64,000 nt of DNA, taken from assembly GCA_964291215.2 (NCBI GenBank), contig OZ219791.1, positions 192,001 to 256,000 of the forward strand. Reading direction: 5' to 3'. Positions within the stretch are counted from its first letter, which is position 1. Every line of letters starts with the position of its first letter. Shown one piece after another: positions 31,362 to 41,586 of this stretch. Both the position numbers and the translations under genes were made by a program. The notes under the pieces are model-generated. The model was not told where the DNA came from. It did no database searches and saw only the letters and a program-made list of their open reading frames with translations. Origin of the DNA: Alphaproteobacteria bacterium. GTDB lineage: Bacteria; Pseudomonadota; Alphaproteobacteria; MPNO01; UBA830.

Positions 31362-33041
31362 TCAGAACAGGCCCTGAACCTGCCCATCGGCGTCAAGCCC
31401 GATGGAGTTGGCGGCAGGCACCCGCGGCAAGCCGGGCATCGTCATGATCTCGCCGCAGATCGCGACCACGAATTCCGCACCGGCCGACAGCCTGACCTCG
31501 CGCACCGGGATTTCGTGACCCTCAGGCGCGCCCTTGAGATCAGGATCCGTCGAGAAGCTGTACTGGGTCTTGGCCAGGCACACAGGAAGGTGCCCGTAGC
31601 CCTCGTCTTCCCAACGCCGCAACTGGTCGCGGACGCGGGCCGGCGCCGTGGCCTGTCCGGCACGGTAGATCTTGCGGCAAACCGTGTCGATCTTCTCGAA
31701 CAGGCCCATGTCGTCGGGATAGACCGGCACGAAGTCGGCGCCGCCGCTTTCGACGGTGACGACAACCTGGCGGGCGAGCGCCTCGATGCCCGCCCCACCA
31801 TCGGCCCAGTGGGTGCAGGTTACGACCGGAATGCCGAGGTCGGCGAGACCGTCCTCGATGCGCGCAACCTCGGCGTCGGTATCGCCGGTGAACCGGTTGA
31901 TCCCGACGATGGCGGGGACCCCGAAGCGCCCGACATTCTCGATGTGGCGCCGCAGGTTGGCGAGCCCCGCCGATACCGCCTCCGCATTCTCATCCCCGAG
32001 GTCACCCCGGACCACGCCGCCATGCATCTTGAGCGCCCGAACGGTGGCGACGATGACCGCGGCGTCCGGCCTGAGGTCGGCCTTCCTGCACTTGATGTCG
32101 AAGAATTTCTCGCCGCCGAGATCGGCGCCGAATCCGGCCTCCGTCACCACATAATCGGCAAGCCGGAGCGCGGCGTTCGTCGCCATCACCGAATTGCACC
32201 CGTGGGCGATGTTGGCGAAAGGCCCACCATGAATCAACGCGGGCGTGTTTTCAAGGGTCTGGACGAGGTTCGGCATCAGGGCATCGCGCAGGAGCACCGT
32301 CATCGCACCGCTCGCTTCCAGTTCGCGCGCGGCAATCGGCGCCTGAGCCCGGGTCCGGCCGACGATGATGTTGCCCAGCCGCCGCTCGAGATCGCGGAGC
32401 GAGTCGGCGAGGCAGAAGATGGCCATGATTTCCGAGGCCACCGTGATGTCGAATCCGGTCTCGTGCGCGAAGCCGTTGGCCACCCCGCCCAGGCTGGTGA
32501 CGATCCCGCGGAGCGCCCGGTCGTTGATGTCCACCACCCGGCGCCACGACACCCTCCGGGAATCGAGCTCCAACCCGTTACCCCAGTAGATGTGATTGTC
32601 GATCATCGCCGACAGCAGGTTGTGGGCGGCCCCGATGGCGTGCATATCCCCGGTAAAGTGAAGGTTGATGTCCTCCATCGGCACCACTTGCGCGTATCCG
32701 CCGCCGGCCGCGCCGCCCTTCATGCCGAAGCAGGGGCCAAGCGACGGTTCGCGGATGCAGATCGCGGCCTTCTTGCCGATGCGCGAAAGACCGTCGCCGA
32801 GACCGACGGTCGTCGTCGTCTTGCCCTCGCCCGCGGGCGTCGGTGTGATAGCGGTCACGAGAATCAGCTTACCGGACGGACGATCGCCGAGGCCGGCGAG
32901 GAAGTCGTGGTCGATCTTGGCCTTGTCCGAACCGTAGACGCGAAGGGCATCGGGCGGGATATCGAGCTTTGCGCCGATCTCGGCAATCGGAACGGTTTTG
33001 GCTCCGCGCGCGATCTCGATGTCGGTCAGATGCGTACCCAT
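31362..33041 (-). CDS. fhs: Formate--tetrahydrofolate ligase
   Basis: [49 protein letters not shown]. Confidence 0.97.
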   Translation of the reverse strand: MGTHLTDIEIARGAKTVPIAEIGAKLDIPPDALRVYGSDKAKIDHDFLAGLGDRPSGKLILVTAITPTPAGEGKTTTTVGLGDGLSRIGKKAAICIREPSLGPCFGMKGGAAGGGYAQVVPMEDINLHFTGDMHAIGAAHNLLSAMIDNHIYWGNGLELDSRRVSWRRVVDINDRALRGIVTSLGGVANGFAHETGFDITVASEIMAIFCLADSLRDLERRLGNIIVGRTRAQAPIAARELEASGAMTVLLRDALMPNLVQTLENTPALIHGGPFANIAHGCNSVMATNAALRLADYVVTEAGFGADLGGEKFFDIKCRKADLRPDAAVIVATVRALKMHGGVVRGDLGDENAEAVSAGLANLRRHIENVGRFGVPAIVGINRFTGDTDAEVARIEDGLADLGIPVVTCTHWADGGAGIEALARQVVVTVESGGADFVPVYPDDMGLFEKIDTVCRKIYRAGQATAPARVRDQLRRWEDEGYGHLPVCLAKTQYSFSTDPDLKGAPEGHEIPVREVRLSAGAEFVVAICGEIMTMPGLPRVPAANSIGLDADGQVQGLF

Positions 33042-33358
33042 TCCGCCTGTCCCTCCCGGAGTTTCGCCGTCCAGCCCGCGATCCGTCGAATTGCCTGCCG
33101 GGCGAGGCCACATCGGTGCCCAACCTATCACAGCTGACGGGCATCCAACCAGTTGCACGGGCACGAGCCATCCATCCTCCGGACAGCGCCTCCCCTTCGA
33201 CCGGCATCCGCGGCGCGGAACCTTGGCGTAGAGCCGGCCGGTTGCCGACAACATTGAGGATCGAGGACAGTTCGCCTATCATGCCCGCACTCCCCGCCGC
33301 CTGCGCGCCGATGCAGGCCTTTGCGGAACCGCGGCCGGGGCGGACAGGGACATGACCG

Positions 33359-34159
33359 ATGAGCGATAACGACCCCGCCGCGCCAGAACCGGCCAGCAGC
33401 ACGGATTCGCCGTCCGACGGTAGGAAGAAGGCTCCGCTGTCGGTCAAGCGCCTGATACCGGCGGCGATCCTCATTGCGGGCCTGGTTGCATTCTTCGCGC
33501 TCGGCCTTGACCGGTATCTCTCGCTCGACGCGCTGAAAGAGCACCGCGTGGCCATTCGGTCATGGGTCGGCGAGAACGGCTTCATGGCCGCACTCGTCTA
33601 CATGGCGATCTACGCCACGGCCGTCGCGTTCTCGGTGCCGGGGGCAACCGTGATCACCGTGACCGGCGGCTTTCTCTACGGCCCGTTCCTCGGAACGCTC
33701 TACACGGTCGTCGGCGCGACCACCGGCTCCGCCGCGGTATTCCTCGCCGCGCGCTACGCCTTCGGCGACTGGCTCAGGACACGGGCCGGGCCGGCGATCA
33801 GGCGCATGGAGGCCGAGTTCCGGGAGAACGGCGTCAGCTACATGCTGGTCCTGCGGCTGGTGCCGTTATTTCCGTTCTTCCTCGTGAACCTGGTGCCGGC
33901 GTTTCTCGGCATCAGCTTCAGGCTGTACCTGATCTGCACGCTCGTCGGCATCATCCCGGGCACCTTCGTCTACGCGCTGGTGGGCGACGGGGCGGGAGCG
34001 ATCCTGGACCAGGGCGGCAATCTGGATCTCGGAATCATCTTTTCGCCACGGGTGCTCGCGCCGATCATCGGCCTCTCGGTACTGTCCTGCATTCCGCTGC
34101 TGTACAAGAAGATCCGCGATCGGAAACGTGCGGCCGCATCCCGGACCAAGGCCGGCTGA
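33359..34159 (+). CDS. TVP38/TMEM64 (DedA superfamily) membrane protein
   Basis: SVPGA..TVTGGFLYG, LRLVPLFPFFLVN, GIIPGT. Confidence 0.9.
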   Translation: MSDNDPAAPEPASSTDSPSDGRKKAPLSVKRLIPAAILIAGLVAFFALGLDRYLSLDALKEHRVAIRSWVGENGFMAALVYMAIYATAVAFSVPGATVITVTGGFLYGPFLGTLYTVVGATTGSAAVFLAARYAFGDWLRTRAGPAIRRMEAEFRENGVSYMLVLRLVPLFPFFLVNLVPAFLGISFRLYLICTLVGIIPGTFVYALVGDGAGAILDQGGNLDLGIIFSPRVLAPIIGLSVLSCIPLLYKKIRDRKRAAASRTKAG

Positions 34160-34246
34160 CGACGCCCCGAACTCCGGGCGCGCACGGTGGACGCGCATGG
34201 CGAACGGGGTGAAATCGGGCGCACGCGGATCAGGAGACTCGCCAAC

Positions 34247-35830
34247 ATGCAACCCAACACGGTGAACATCGACCGGTCCGGCACGGCGCCGGTCTTTACC
34301 TTTGCCGACTCGTTCAACGTCTCGACCTGCATGATCGATCGCCACCTCGACGAGGGACGGGGCGAGCGCCTGGCCTATGTCACGGACGGCGGGCAGGTTA
34401 CCTACGCCGAGCTGGCGGCCCGGGTGAACTGCTGGGGCCAGGCCCTTCGCGACGCCGGGATGGCGCCCGGCGACCGCCTGATGATGGTGGTGCGGGACTG
34501 CCCCGAATTTGTCTACCTCTTCTACGGCGCGATCAGAACCGGCATCATTCCCGTTCCCCTCAATACGCTGCTCCGGACCGCGGATTATCGCTACATGTTC
34601 GAGGATTCCGGGTGTAGCGCCGTCATCTACTCGCAGGACTTCGCCGGCGAGGTCGAGCCGGCGCTCGCCGAAGCGTCGCCGAAGCCCGCCTTTACCGCCC
34701 GGCTCGAAGGTCCCGGCGGCATGGCAGAGTGGGTTCCGGCGGGCCCGGTATCGATCGAAACGCACCCGTCAACCGCCTCGGCGGACTGTTTCTGGCTCTA
34801 CTCCTCCGGATCCACCGGCCGCCCCAAGGGCACCGTGCACCGGCAGCGCGACCTCCTAGTTAACACGGTCCTGTACACCGAACCGGTGATGGACATCACG
34901 GAGGACGACATCCTGTTCTCGGCGGCCAAGCTGTTCTTCGCCTATGGGCTCGGCAACTCGATGAGTTTTCCCCTCTTCTACGGCGCGTGCACGATCCTGT
35001 CCGACGAACGCCCGACACCGGAGATGACATTCCGCATCATCAAGAAGTTCCGCCCGACGATCTTTTTCGGCGTACCGACCCTCTATGCCGCCCAGTGCCG
35101 GGCGCTGGAGACGGAGACGCCCGACCTCTCAAGCCTGCGCGCCTGCATTTCCGCCGGCGAGGCGCTGCCGTCGCCGATCTTCCGCCGCTGGAAGGAAAAG
35201 ACCGGCCTCACGCTGATCGATGGAATCGGGTCGACGGAGTGCACGCACATCTTCATCTCCAACCTGCCCGGCGACGCCCGGCCCGGCACCAGCGGAAAGG
35301 CGCTGCCCGGCTACGAGGCCCGGATCGTCGACGAGGACGGCAACGATGTCGCACAGGGCGACGTGGGTCGACTCTGGGTTCGCGGCCAGTCGGTTGCGGC
35401 CCGATACTGGAACCAGCCCAAACGGACGGCCGCGACCATGCTGGGCAACGACTGGCTGAATACCGGAGACACCTACCAGCAGGACGAGGACGGCTATTTC
35501 GTCTATTGCGGACGTTCTGACGACATGATCAAGGTCGGCGGAATCTGGTGCTCACCGATCGAAATCGAGTCGCGCCTGATCGACCATCCGCTAGTTCTCG
35601 AGGCGGGGGTCGTCGGCCGCGAGGACGATGACGGCCTCGTCAAGCCTGAAGCCCATATCGTGCTCAAGGATCCGAATTCCCTGCCACCCGGCCTCAAGGA
35701 CGACCTTCTCGAACACTGCAAGGCGGGCCTTGCACGCTACAAGTATCCCCGCTGGTTCCATTTCGTGGAGGACCTGCCCAAGACGGCGACCGGCAAGATC
35801 CAGCGCTTTCGGCTCCGGACCGGGGAATAG
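34247..35830 (+). CDS. Benzoate-CoA ligase family protein
   Basis: LYSSGSTGRPKG, AKLFFAYGLGNS, DGIGSTE, KTATGKIQRF. Confidence 0.9.
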   Translation: MQPNTVNIDRSGTAPVFTFADSFNVSTCMIDRHLDEGRGERLAYVTDGGQVTYAELAARVNCWGQALRDAGMAPGDRLMMVVRDCPEFVYLFYGAIRTGIIPVPLNTLLRTADYRYMFEDSGCSAVIYSQDFAGEVEPALAEASPKPAFTARLEGPGGMAEWVPAGPVSIETHPSTASADCFWLYSSGSTGRPKGTVHRQRDLLVNTVLYTEPVMDITEDDILFSAAKLFFAYGLGNSMSFPLFYGACTILSDERPTPEMTFRIIKKFRPTIFFGVPTLYAAQCRALETETPDLSSLRACISAGEALPSPIFRRWKEKTGLTLIDGIGSTECTHIFISNLPGDARPGTSGKALPGYEARIVDEDGNDVAQGDVGRLWVRGQSVAARYWNQPKRTAATMLGNDWLNTGDTYQQDEDGYFVYCGRSDDMIKVGGIWCSPIEIESRLIDHPLVLEAGVVGREDDDGLVKPEAHIVLKDPNSLPPGLKDDLLEHCKAGLARYKYPRWFHFVEDLPKTATGKIQRFRLRTGE

Positions 35831-35834
35831 CGAG

Positions 35835-37184
35835 ATGGTGTCGAGCGCCGACACCGGAAGCCTCGTCGCGGCAGACGGCCTCTGCGACCTGACCGCCACC
35901 GAGGCGGCGCAGCAGATCGCGACAGGGGAGATCACCTCCGAGGCCCTGGTTGGCGCCTGCCTCGAACGCATCGGGAAATGCAATGGCGAGCTCCGCGCCT
36001 GGCGGTTCGTCGACCCCGACCTGGCACTCGAACAGGCGTGCGAGAGGGACGGGGCCGCCGGCGCCCGCGAACCGCTGCACGGCGTGCCGGTCGGCGTGAA
36101 GGATGTTCTCGACACGTTCGACATGCCGACGGAGTACGGCTCGGCACTCTACAGCGGACACCGGCCGGCGACCGATTCCAACTGCGTCGCGGCGCTTCGA
36201 AGAGCGGGCGCCGTCATACTCGGCAAGACCACGACGACAGAGTTCGCGAGCCCGGTTCCGGTCGGCGTGCGCAACCCGCACGATGCGGACCGGACGCCTG
36301 GCGTTTCCTCCGGCGGCTCGGCAGCAGCCGTCGCCGCCTTCATGACACCGCTCGCCAACGGCACCCAGACCGGCGGCTCGGTCATCCTGCCGGCGGCCTT
36401 TTGCGGAGTGGTCGGATACAAGGCATCGCTCGACGGTCTCGACCGGGGCGGCATCCGGAGCCTCAAGCCACATCTCGACACGCTCGGCTATTTCGCAAGA
36501 TCGGTGGCCGATATCGGGCTGGTCTACAGCGCGGTGACGGGAGAGAGCGCCGCCACAGCCGATACGCGGCCGCGCATCGGGTTATGCCGCACCGGAGCCT
36601 GGAACGAAGCGGAACCCGCGACGAGGACGGTGCTCGAGAATGCCGCCGCGGCACTCGGCGCGGCCGGCTATGACGTCGCGGACATCGACCTGCCGCCGGA
36701 GTTCGACGTCATCGAGGGCGCATTCCGGGTGATTTCCAATTTCGAGGGAAAACAGGCGCTGGCGGAAGAATACCGCACCGGCATCGACGGCATGAACCAC
36801 TGGCTTCAGGAGACAGGCAGATCATCCTGGACGCAGGACGACTACGATGGGGCGCGCGCCACGGCGGCGGCGGCCCGGACCGCCCTCGGCAAGATCTTCG
36901 AGACGTTTCCTGTCCTTCTGACGCCGTCGACCGCGGGAGAGGCGCCGACAGACCTCGAGGGCGTGTCGATATCGTCGTTCAACCGCACCTGGACGCTGAT
37001 GCACGGGCCCGCGATCACGCTGCCCGTCGCGACCGGCCCTGCCGGGATGCCGCTCGGCGTGCAGCTGGTGGCGCGTCCGGGGGCGGACGCCGCGCTGATT
37101 TCATGGTCGGCCGAAATCGCGAATATCCTGAGTCGAGTCGCCCCGGAAAATCTCACCCCGAGGCGCTCACGAAACTGTACATGA
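35835..37184 (+). CDS. Amidase (amidase-signature family); last 17 codons come from the inserted element
   Basis: PLHGVPVGVKD, GKTTTTEFA, TPGVSSGGSAAAV, TQTGGS, GMPLGVQ. Confidence 0.9.
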   Translation: MVSSADTGSLVAADGLCDLTATEAAQQIATGEITSEALVGACLERIGKCNGELRAWRFVDPDLALEQACERDGAAGAREPLHGVPVGVKDVLDTFDMPTEYGSALYSGHRPATDSNCVAALRRAGAVILGKTTTTEFASPVPVGVRNPHDADRTPGVSSGGSAAAVAAFMTPLANGTQTGGSVILPAAFCGVVGYKASLDGLDRGGIRSLKPHLDTLGYFARSVADIGLVYSAVTGESAATADTRPRIGLCRTGAWNEAEPATRTVLENAAAALGAAGYDVADIDLPPEFDVIEGAFRVISNFEGKQALAEEYRTGIDGMNHWLQETGRSSWTQDDYDGARATAAAARTALGKIFETFPVLLTPSTAGEAPTDLEGVSISSFNRTWTLMHGPAITLPVATGPAGMPLGVQLVARPGADAALISWSAEIANILSRVAPENLTPRRSRNCT

Positions 37185-37290
37185 CAGTCTCCCGTCATAC
37201 GGCTCTTCCTGCCCAAACCTGACGGCTTTTCCTGTGTCATCGGGTTCCTCCTGTTGTCAGTTGTTCCGATTTACCTCCTGTTGTCTTCGT
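37132..37290 (-). ncRNA. Group II intron 3' portion (collapsed DIV, DV, DVI), ORF-less
   Basis: GGAGGAACCCGATG..AAGCCG start region joined to GAGCCGTATGACGGGAGACTGTCATGTACAGTTTC (DV) and DVI ending CTCGAC. Confidence 0.75.
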
Positions 37291-37291
37291 G

Positions 37292-37560
37292 TCACACCTT
37301 GAGGCTGGCATTTTCCATGCGCAGCAACACCACCGTCGACCGCTTCCGCGCGTCGACGCCGGCCTCGGCAAGAAGCCCACCCAGACGCGCAACCTCCTGC
37401 TTCAGCGCAAGAGACTGCTTCGCCGTCCGCCGAACTTCCTTGATCTCCGCACGGGCAGCTGACAGCTTCTCACGATTGCTCTCGAAAATTGCCTTCACCC
37501 AAGTTGGCACTTTTTGCAGCCTTGAATTTTTATCACGTTGCGCGATTTTTTTGCGCCCCA
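37292..37560 (-). pseudogene. Coiled-coil transposase N-terminal fragment (IS66-like)
   Basis: REKLSAARAEIKEVRR..LLRMENASLK; context only. Confidence 0.35.
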
Positions 37561-37565
37561 CTTCC

Positions 37566-37820
37566 AGTCTGAAGTGCAACACCCGGCCCTCATCGCAGTG
37601 AGGGCGTAGCCCGAACGGAGATGAGGGCCGGGTGTTGCGCAAATTTTTCCCCTCTGCCCCTCTCGATTCCGCCTGGGAACAGCTTCAGTTCCTTCAACAT
37701 CGAGCTTATGCAACGCCTTTGTCGGCTTCAAGCCACTATTCCGCCGTCGCGCGGCATGGACCCTGCTGCACGTTGCGGCTTTGGAACGCAGATGGTCAGG
37801 GCGGTTTCACTTCAAGATTA
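37566..37820 (+). mobile_element. IS30-derived miniature element with a 19-bp-arm hairpin
   Basis: TGAAGTGCAACACC ... GGTTTCACTTCA ends; IR GCAACACCCGGCCCTCATC at 37576-37594 / 37620-37638. Confidence 0.5.
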
Positions 37821-38723
37821 CCTCCGTCGGCGATCCCAGGACTTTCCGAGTGTTGAGCCGCACCTTCTGAACATCTTCGTTGCATGTCGCGCGAAAGTCC
37901 ATGCCCTTCGGGAAGTACTCCCGCACCAGGCCGTTGGTGTGCTCATTCAAGCCGCGCTCCCAAGAATGGAAAGGCGAAGAAGAAATCTGCGTCAAGTGCG
38001 ACACGCCTGTGGTCTGCGAACTCCGTTGTCTGACGTGATTGTGTGGACCAATAGCGCACCAGAGCCGAGCAGGCGGATCATACCAACCGTGTCTTTCTGT
38101 CCACCCAGCAAGGTGTATTTCGTGGCACGAGCGACACGACAGCTCCACTGTGAGCTTTGCCGATGATGGCTCCCAGTCGCCGATCCGTTCCTTTGCCTCC
38201 GCAGGGCGCTCGGAAATGTCCACTCGGCCAGAATGGCATCCGCCCTTCCAGTTCGGCTTCTTGCCGCGCCGCCGAAGCTTCAAGACGCCCCCAGCTCTCC
38301 GATCTTCGGCGATCATGGATCCGTTCACGGCCCTCCAGTCGAAAACGGCCGCTGATCTGCTCGGGGCCCTCCCGCAGCTTTTTCTGAGCTTCAGCCCGAG
38401 GCGTCAACCGCCAGGAAACAGACGAAGCTGCCCTGCGTTTCTGCCATCCTTTGCGCCTGCTTGTAACGGTAACCCCGTCCCCCGGTGTTGCGCTTGATCT
38501 CCCGGAAAATTGTTGATCGGCCCAGCTGCCGAGCAATCGCACCTTGTGAAAGACCGCTTTTCTGCCTCAATCTGGCATCGCTCTTCGTAGGTGACGGTAG
38601 CCTTTGGACATGAACAAGCTCCCTCCATCTTGTACAGGAACTTTCGCCGCTGCTGGACAGCTCCGCAACATCATGCGTCTAAAAACACATGGCCACAGCC
38701 CATTATGGGTTGCACTTCACTAT
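37821..38723 (-). pseudogene. IS30-family transposase remnant
   Basis: TYEERCQI, ISERPAEAKERIGDWE, SWERGLNEHTNGLVREYFPKG; left IR TGAAGTGCAAC. Confidence 0.8.
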
Positions 38724-38809
38724 GAAACGGGGGAAGCGTTATAAGCCTGAGAAGATCGTGAGTTTGCTGCGGCAGGCGGAAGTCGTGCACGGGCAGGGCA
38801 TGTCGATGG
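38724..38809 (+). pseudogene. IS3-family orfA fragment
   Basis: KRYKPEKIVSLLRQAEV.HGQGMSMA, homologous to 46990-47073. Confidence 0.7.
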
Positions 38810-38872
38810 CGGGAGACTGTCACGTACGGTTCTGTGAGCGCCTCGGGGTGAAATTTCCCGGGGCGACTCGAC
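38810..38872 (+). ncRNA. Group II intron 3' end (half of DV plus DVI)
   Basis: CGGGAGACTGTCACGTACGGTTCTGTGAGCGCCTCGGGGTGAAATTTCCCGGGGCGACTCGAC. Confidence 0.75.
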
Positions 38873-39092
38873 CTGACGCCGTAGGCGCCCGGTGCCGACC
38901 CGGCAGGCCGCCCGGCTGTGATCCGGATCAGGAAGACTCCCGTCGCATGCCGCCCGGCTTGCGGCCGGCGGGTTGGAGCGTCCCGTGCAGGAGCTGTCGC
39001 GCCGCCCGTGCCAGGATTCGGCCGAACGGCGCCGGCACTTGTCAGAATCCCCAGCCGGCCTATATTCACACCCGTCCTTAGCCGGAGGTTCC

Positions 39093-39983
39093 ATGAGCGT
39101 CGCATCCAACCTCGCCGACATGATCAGGAACAGCAACGAATTTGTCGTCGCCCCGGGCGTGTTCGACATGATCTCAGCCAAGATCGCCGACCGCATGGAG
39201 TTCCATGCGCTCTATATGACCGGATCCGGAACGGTGGCCTCCTATCTAGGGCTGCCGGACGCCGGCATCGCCACCTATACCGATATGGTGGCGCGGGCCG
39301 CGCGCATCGCAGGCGGCACCACGACGCCGCTGATGGCCGATGCCGATACCGGGTATGGCGGGCTCGTCAACGTGCGCGAAACCGTACGCGGCTACGAACA
39401 GGCGGGCGTCGCCGCGATACAGATCGAGGACCAAGACTTCCCGAAGAAATGCGGTCATCTCTCAGGCCACAGGCTGATCGCGGCGGAGGACATGGTGGCC
39501 AAGATCAGGGTCGCCCTCGATTCGCGGCTGTCCGACGACACGCTGATCATCGCCCGCACCGACGCGATCAAGGCCTACGGCAGCGACGAAGCCATGCGGC
39601 GCGCGGAAATGTATGTCGAGGCGGGCGCCGACATCCTGTTCTGCGAGGCACCGGCCGATGTCGACGAGATGCGCGCGATCGCCCGCCGCTTCGGCGGCGT
39701 TCCGCTCCTCGCCAACATGGTCAATGGCGGTGCGACCCCGGTTCTGACGCCAGCTGAACTTGCGGAGATCGGCTACCGCATCGCGATTTTCCCGGCAGCC
39801 GGCTTCCTCGCCACCTGCGAGGCCCTGACCTCCGCCTATACGGCCCTCGGGACGACAGGAAACGTCGAGGACGGCGGCGTGCGCCTGTTCCCGTTCGGGG
39901 AATTCAACGACCTGATGGGATTCGGCGACGTGATCGAGTTCGAAGACAGGTACACGCCGCTGGACGGCGCTGCAGATGGCTGA
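39093..39983 (+). CDS. Isocitrate lyase/PEP mutase family (methylisocitrate/dimethylmalate lyase-like)
   Basis: DADTGYG, IEDQDFPKKCGH, IARTDA, NMVNGG.TP. Confidence 0.9.
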   Translation: MSVASNLADMIRNSNEFVVAPGVFDMISAKIADRMEFHALYMTGSGTVASYLGLPDAGIATYTDMVARAARIAGGTTTPLMADADTGYGGLVNVRETVRGYEQAGVAAIQIEDQDFPKKCGHLSGHRLIAAEDMVAKIRVALDSRLSDDTLIIARTDAIKAYGSDEAMRRAEMYVEAGADILFCEAPADVDEMRAIARRFGGVPLLANMVNGGATPVLTPAELAEIGYRIAIFPAAGFLATCEALTSAYTALGTTGNVEDGGVRLFPFGEFNDLMGFGDVIEFEDRYTPLDGAADG

Positions 39984-40602
39984 CAACCCGGTCAGGGTGA
40001 CCCTGTACCGCTGGGCCGGCCGATGGGGCCCGTTCAGGGTCAACATTCCGTGCGGCGAATGCGCGCTCACGGTCGACGTCATAGAGGACACCTTCGCGCA
40101 CGAACTTACCGGCATACCCGTGGAAATCGATTCGCGCGAATGGCTGAGCGAATGGTGGCGTCCGCTGCCCGCCGGCGGCTGGCACGCCCCGATCGTCATG
40201 GTGGAGGGCCGGGTGGTGAGCCAGGGCCACGCGCTCAATCGCGGCGTGCTGACCGAAGCGGTCATCGCCGCGCATGTCCGTCGGAGCGAAATCCGCGGCA
40301 ACTACGTGTTCGGCAAGGAAGGCTGTCCCCATTGCGTGCGCGCCAAGTCCTATCTCGACGAGGCCGGCATGGACTACGAGTATCACGACGTGGTCCGCGA
40401 GCCCCGAGCGCTCTACGAGATGCTCGGGCGGATCAAGCCCATCATCGGCCCCAAGACCCCGGTAACGGTGCCGCAGATCTGGCTTGACGGCTCCTATGTG
40501 GGCGGCGCCGACGACCTTTCGGAACGGCTTGAGCGATCCGTCGAGCCCAACCCCGACCGCGGCCGGAACTCGCTTTCTCCCGGCTCCGGCGCGCGTGGCT
40601 GA
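39976..40602 (+). CDS. Two-domain glutaredoxin-like protein
   Basis: N-terminal CGEC domain plus CPHC..TVPQIW..YVGG glutaredoxin domain. Confidence 0.8.
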   Translation: MADNPVRVTLYRWAGRWGPFRVNIPCGECALTVDVIEDTFAHELTGIPVEIDSREWLSEWWRPLPAGGWHAPIVMVEGRVVSQGHALNRGVLTEAVIAAHVRRSEIRGNYVFGKEGCPHCVRAKSYLDEAGMDYEYHDVVREPRALYEMLGRIKPIIGPKTPVTVPQIWLDGSYVGGADDLSERLERSVEPNPDRGRNSLSPGSGARG

Positions 40603-40656
40603 GCGCGAAACCGCCGACGACCCCTTCCGGCCGGCGGCAGGCGAGGCCCTCCCCCG

Positions 40657-41586
40657 ATGAACCGCCCCCCCGCAGAACCGCAGACGCCGGCAGGCGAGGG
40701 GATATTTCTCGACCATGTCGGCTGGTTCGTGTCCGACATGGATGCGGCCGCAAATGACTTCGCACGGCTCGGGTTTCCGATGACGCCGCTGACAGTGCAC
40801 GAAAACGCCCAACCTGACGGACGGCGGGTTCCCTCGGGCACCGCCAACCGCTGCGCCATGATCGCGCGCGGCTATCTCGAAGTGCTGATCAGGCTTCCGG
40901 ATCTCGACACGCCGCTGACCCGCCAGATGGACGCTGCGCTGAATCGCTATGACGGGCTTCACCTCATCGCCTTCGCGGTCGCCGACACGGCAGCTGCGGC
41001 GGAGCGGCTGCGCGAGAACGGCTTCGACCCGGCCGCGCCGGTCGCACTTCGCCGCCCGATGCCGCTCGACGCGGGGGGCGAGGCCATCGCGGGATTCTCC
41101 GTCCTTCGTCTGCTACGGGACGACATGCCCGAGGGGCGGATCCAGATCCTCACTCACGAGACGCCGGACACCGTCTGGCAGCCGTCGGTAACCGCCGCCG
41201 GCAACGCCGCCGACATGCTGTCGGGCCTGCTGATCTGCTGCAGCGATCCGGACGAAACCGCCGCAAGATATGCGCGTTTCGCCGGGCGCAAGATGGCGGG
41301 GGAAGCCCCGCTCCGCCGGATCGCTCTCGACCGCGGCGAGATCGCGATCACCGACCCCGCGGCATGCCGCGCCCTGCTTCCGGGCGTCGAAATCCCTTCC
41401 CTACCGTTCATGGCGGCGGTGGCAGTGCGCTGCGCCGACCTCGCGGCGACCCGCGCGTTCCTCGCCGCAGGCAGCGTCCGGCTGCTCGCCGACGAGCCCG
41501 AACGGCTGATCGTGCATCCCGAGGACGGCGCCGGCGCATGCTTCGTAATGCACGCGCACGGGACCGACCCGTTCGGAGCGACATGA
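40657..41586 (+). CDS. VOC/glyoxalase-like family protein
   Basis: LDHVGWFV, GTANRC, GYLE, RYDGLHLIAF. Confidence 0.8.
   Translation: MNRPPAEPQTPAGEGIFLDHVGWFVSDMDAAANDFARLGFPMTPLTVHENAQPDGRRVPSGTANRCAMIARGYLEVLIRLPDLDTPLTRQMDAALNRYDGLHLIAFAVADTAAAAERLRENGFDPAAPVALRRPMPLDAGGEAIAGFSVLRLLRDDMPEGRIQILTHETPDTVWQPSVTAAGNAADMLSGLLICCSDPDETAARYARFAGRKMAGEAPLRRIALDRGEIAITDPAACRALLPGVEIPSLPFMAAVAVRCADLAATRAFLAAGSVRLLADEPERLIVHPEDGAGACFVMHAHGTDPFGAT

Larger units (their letters stand above)
37132..38872. mobile_element. Block bounded by inverted group II intron 3' ends and a CTGA direct repeat
   Basis: 63-nt inverted repeats 37132-37194 and 38810-38872 (57/63 identical); CTGA at 37128-37131 and 38873-38876. 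Confidence 0.7.

Noticed and set aside
31263-33137. Long antisense or alternate-frame ORFs (also 4275-5909, 15210-16547, 17001-19028, 27232-28734)
   Set aside because: Shadows of real genes in high-GC DNA; no recognisable motifs
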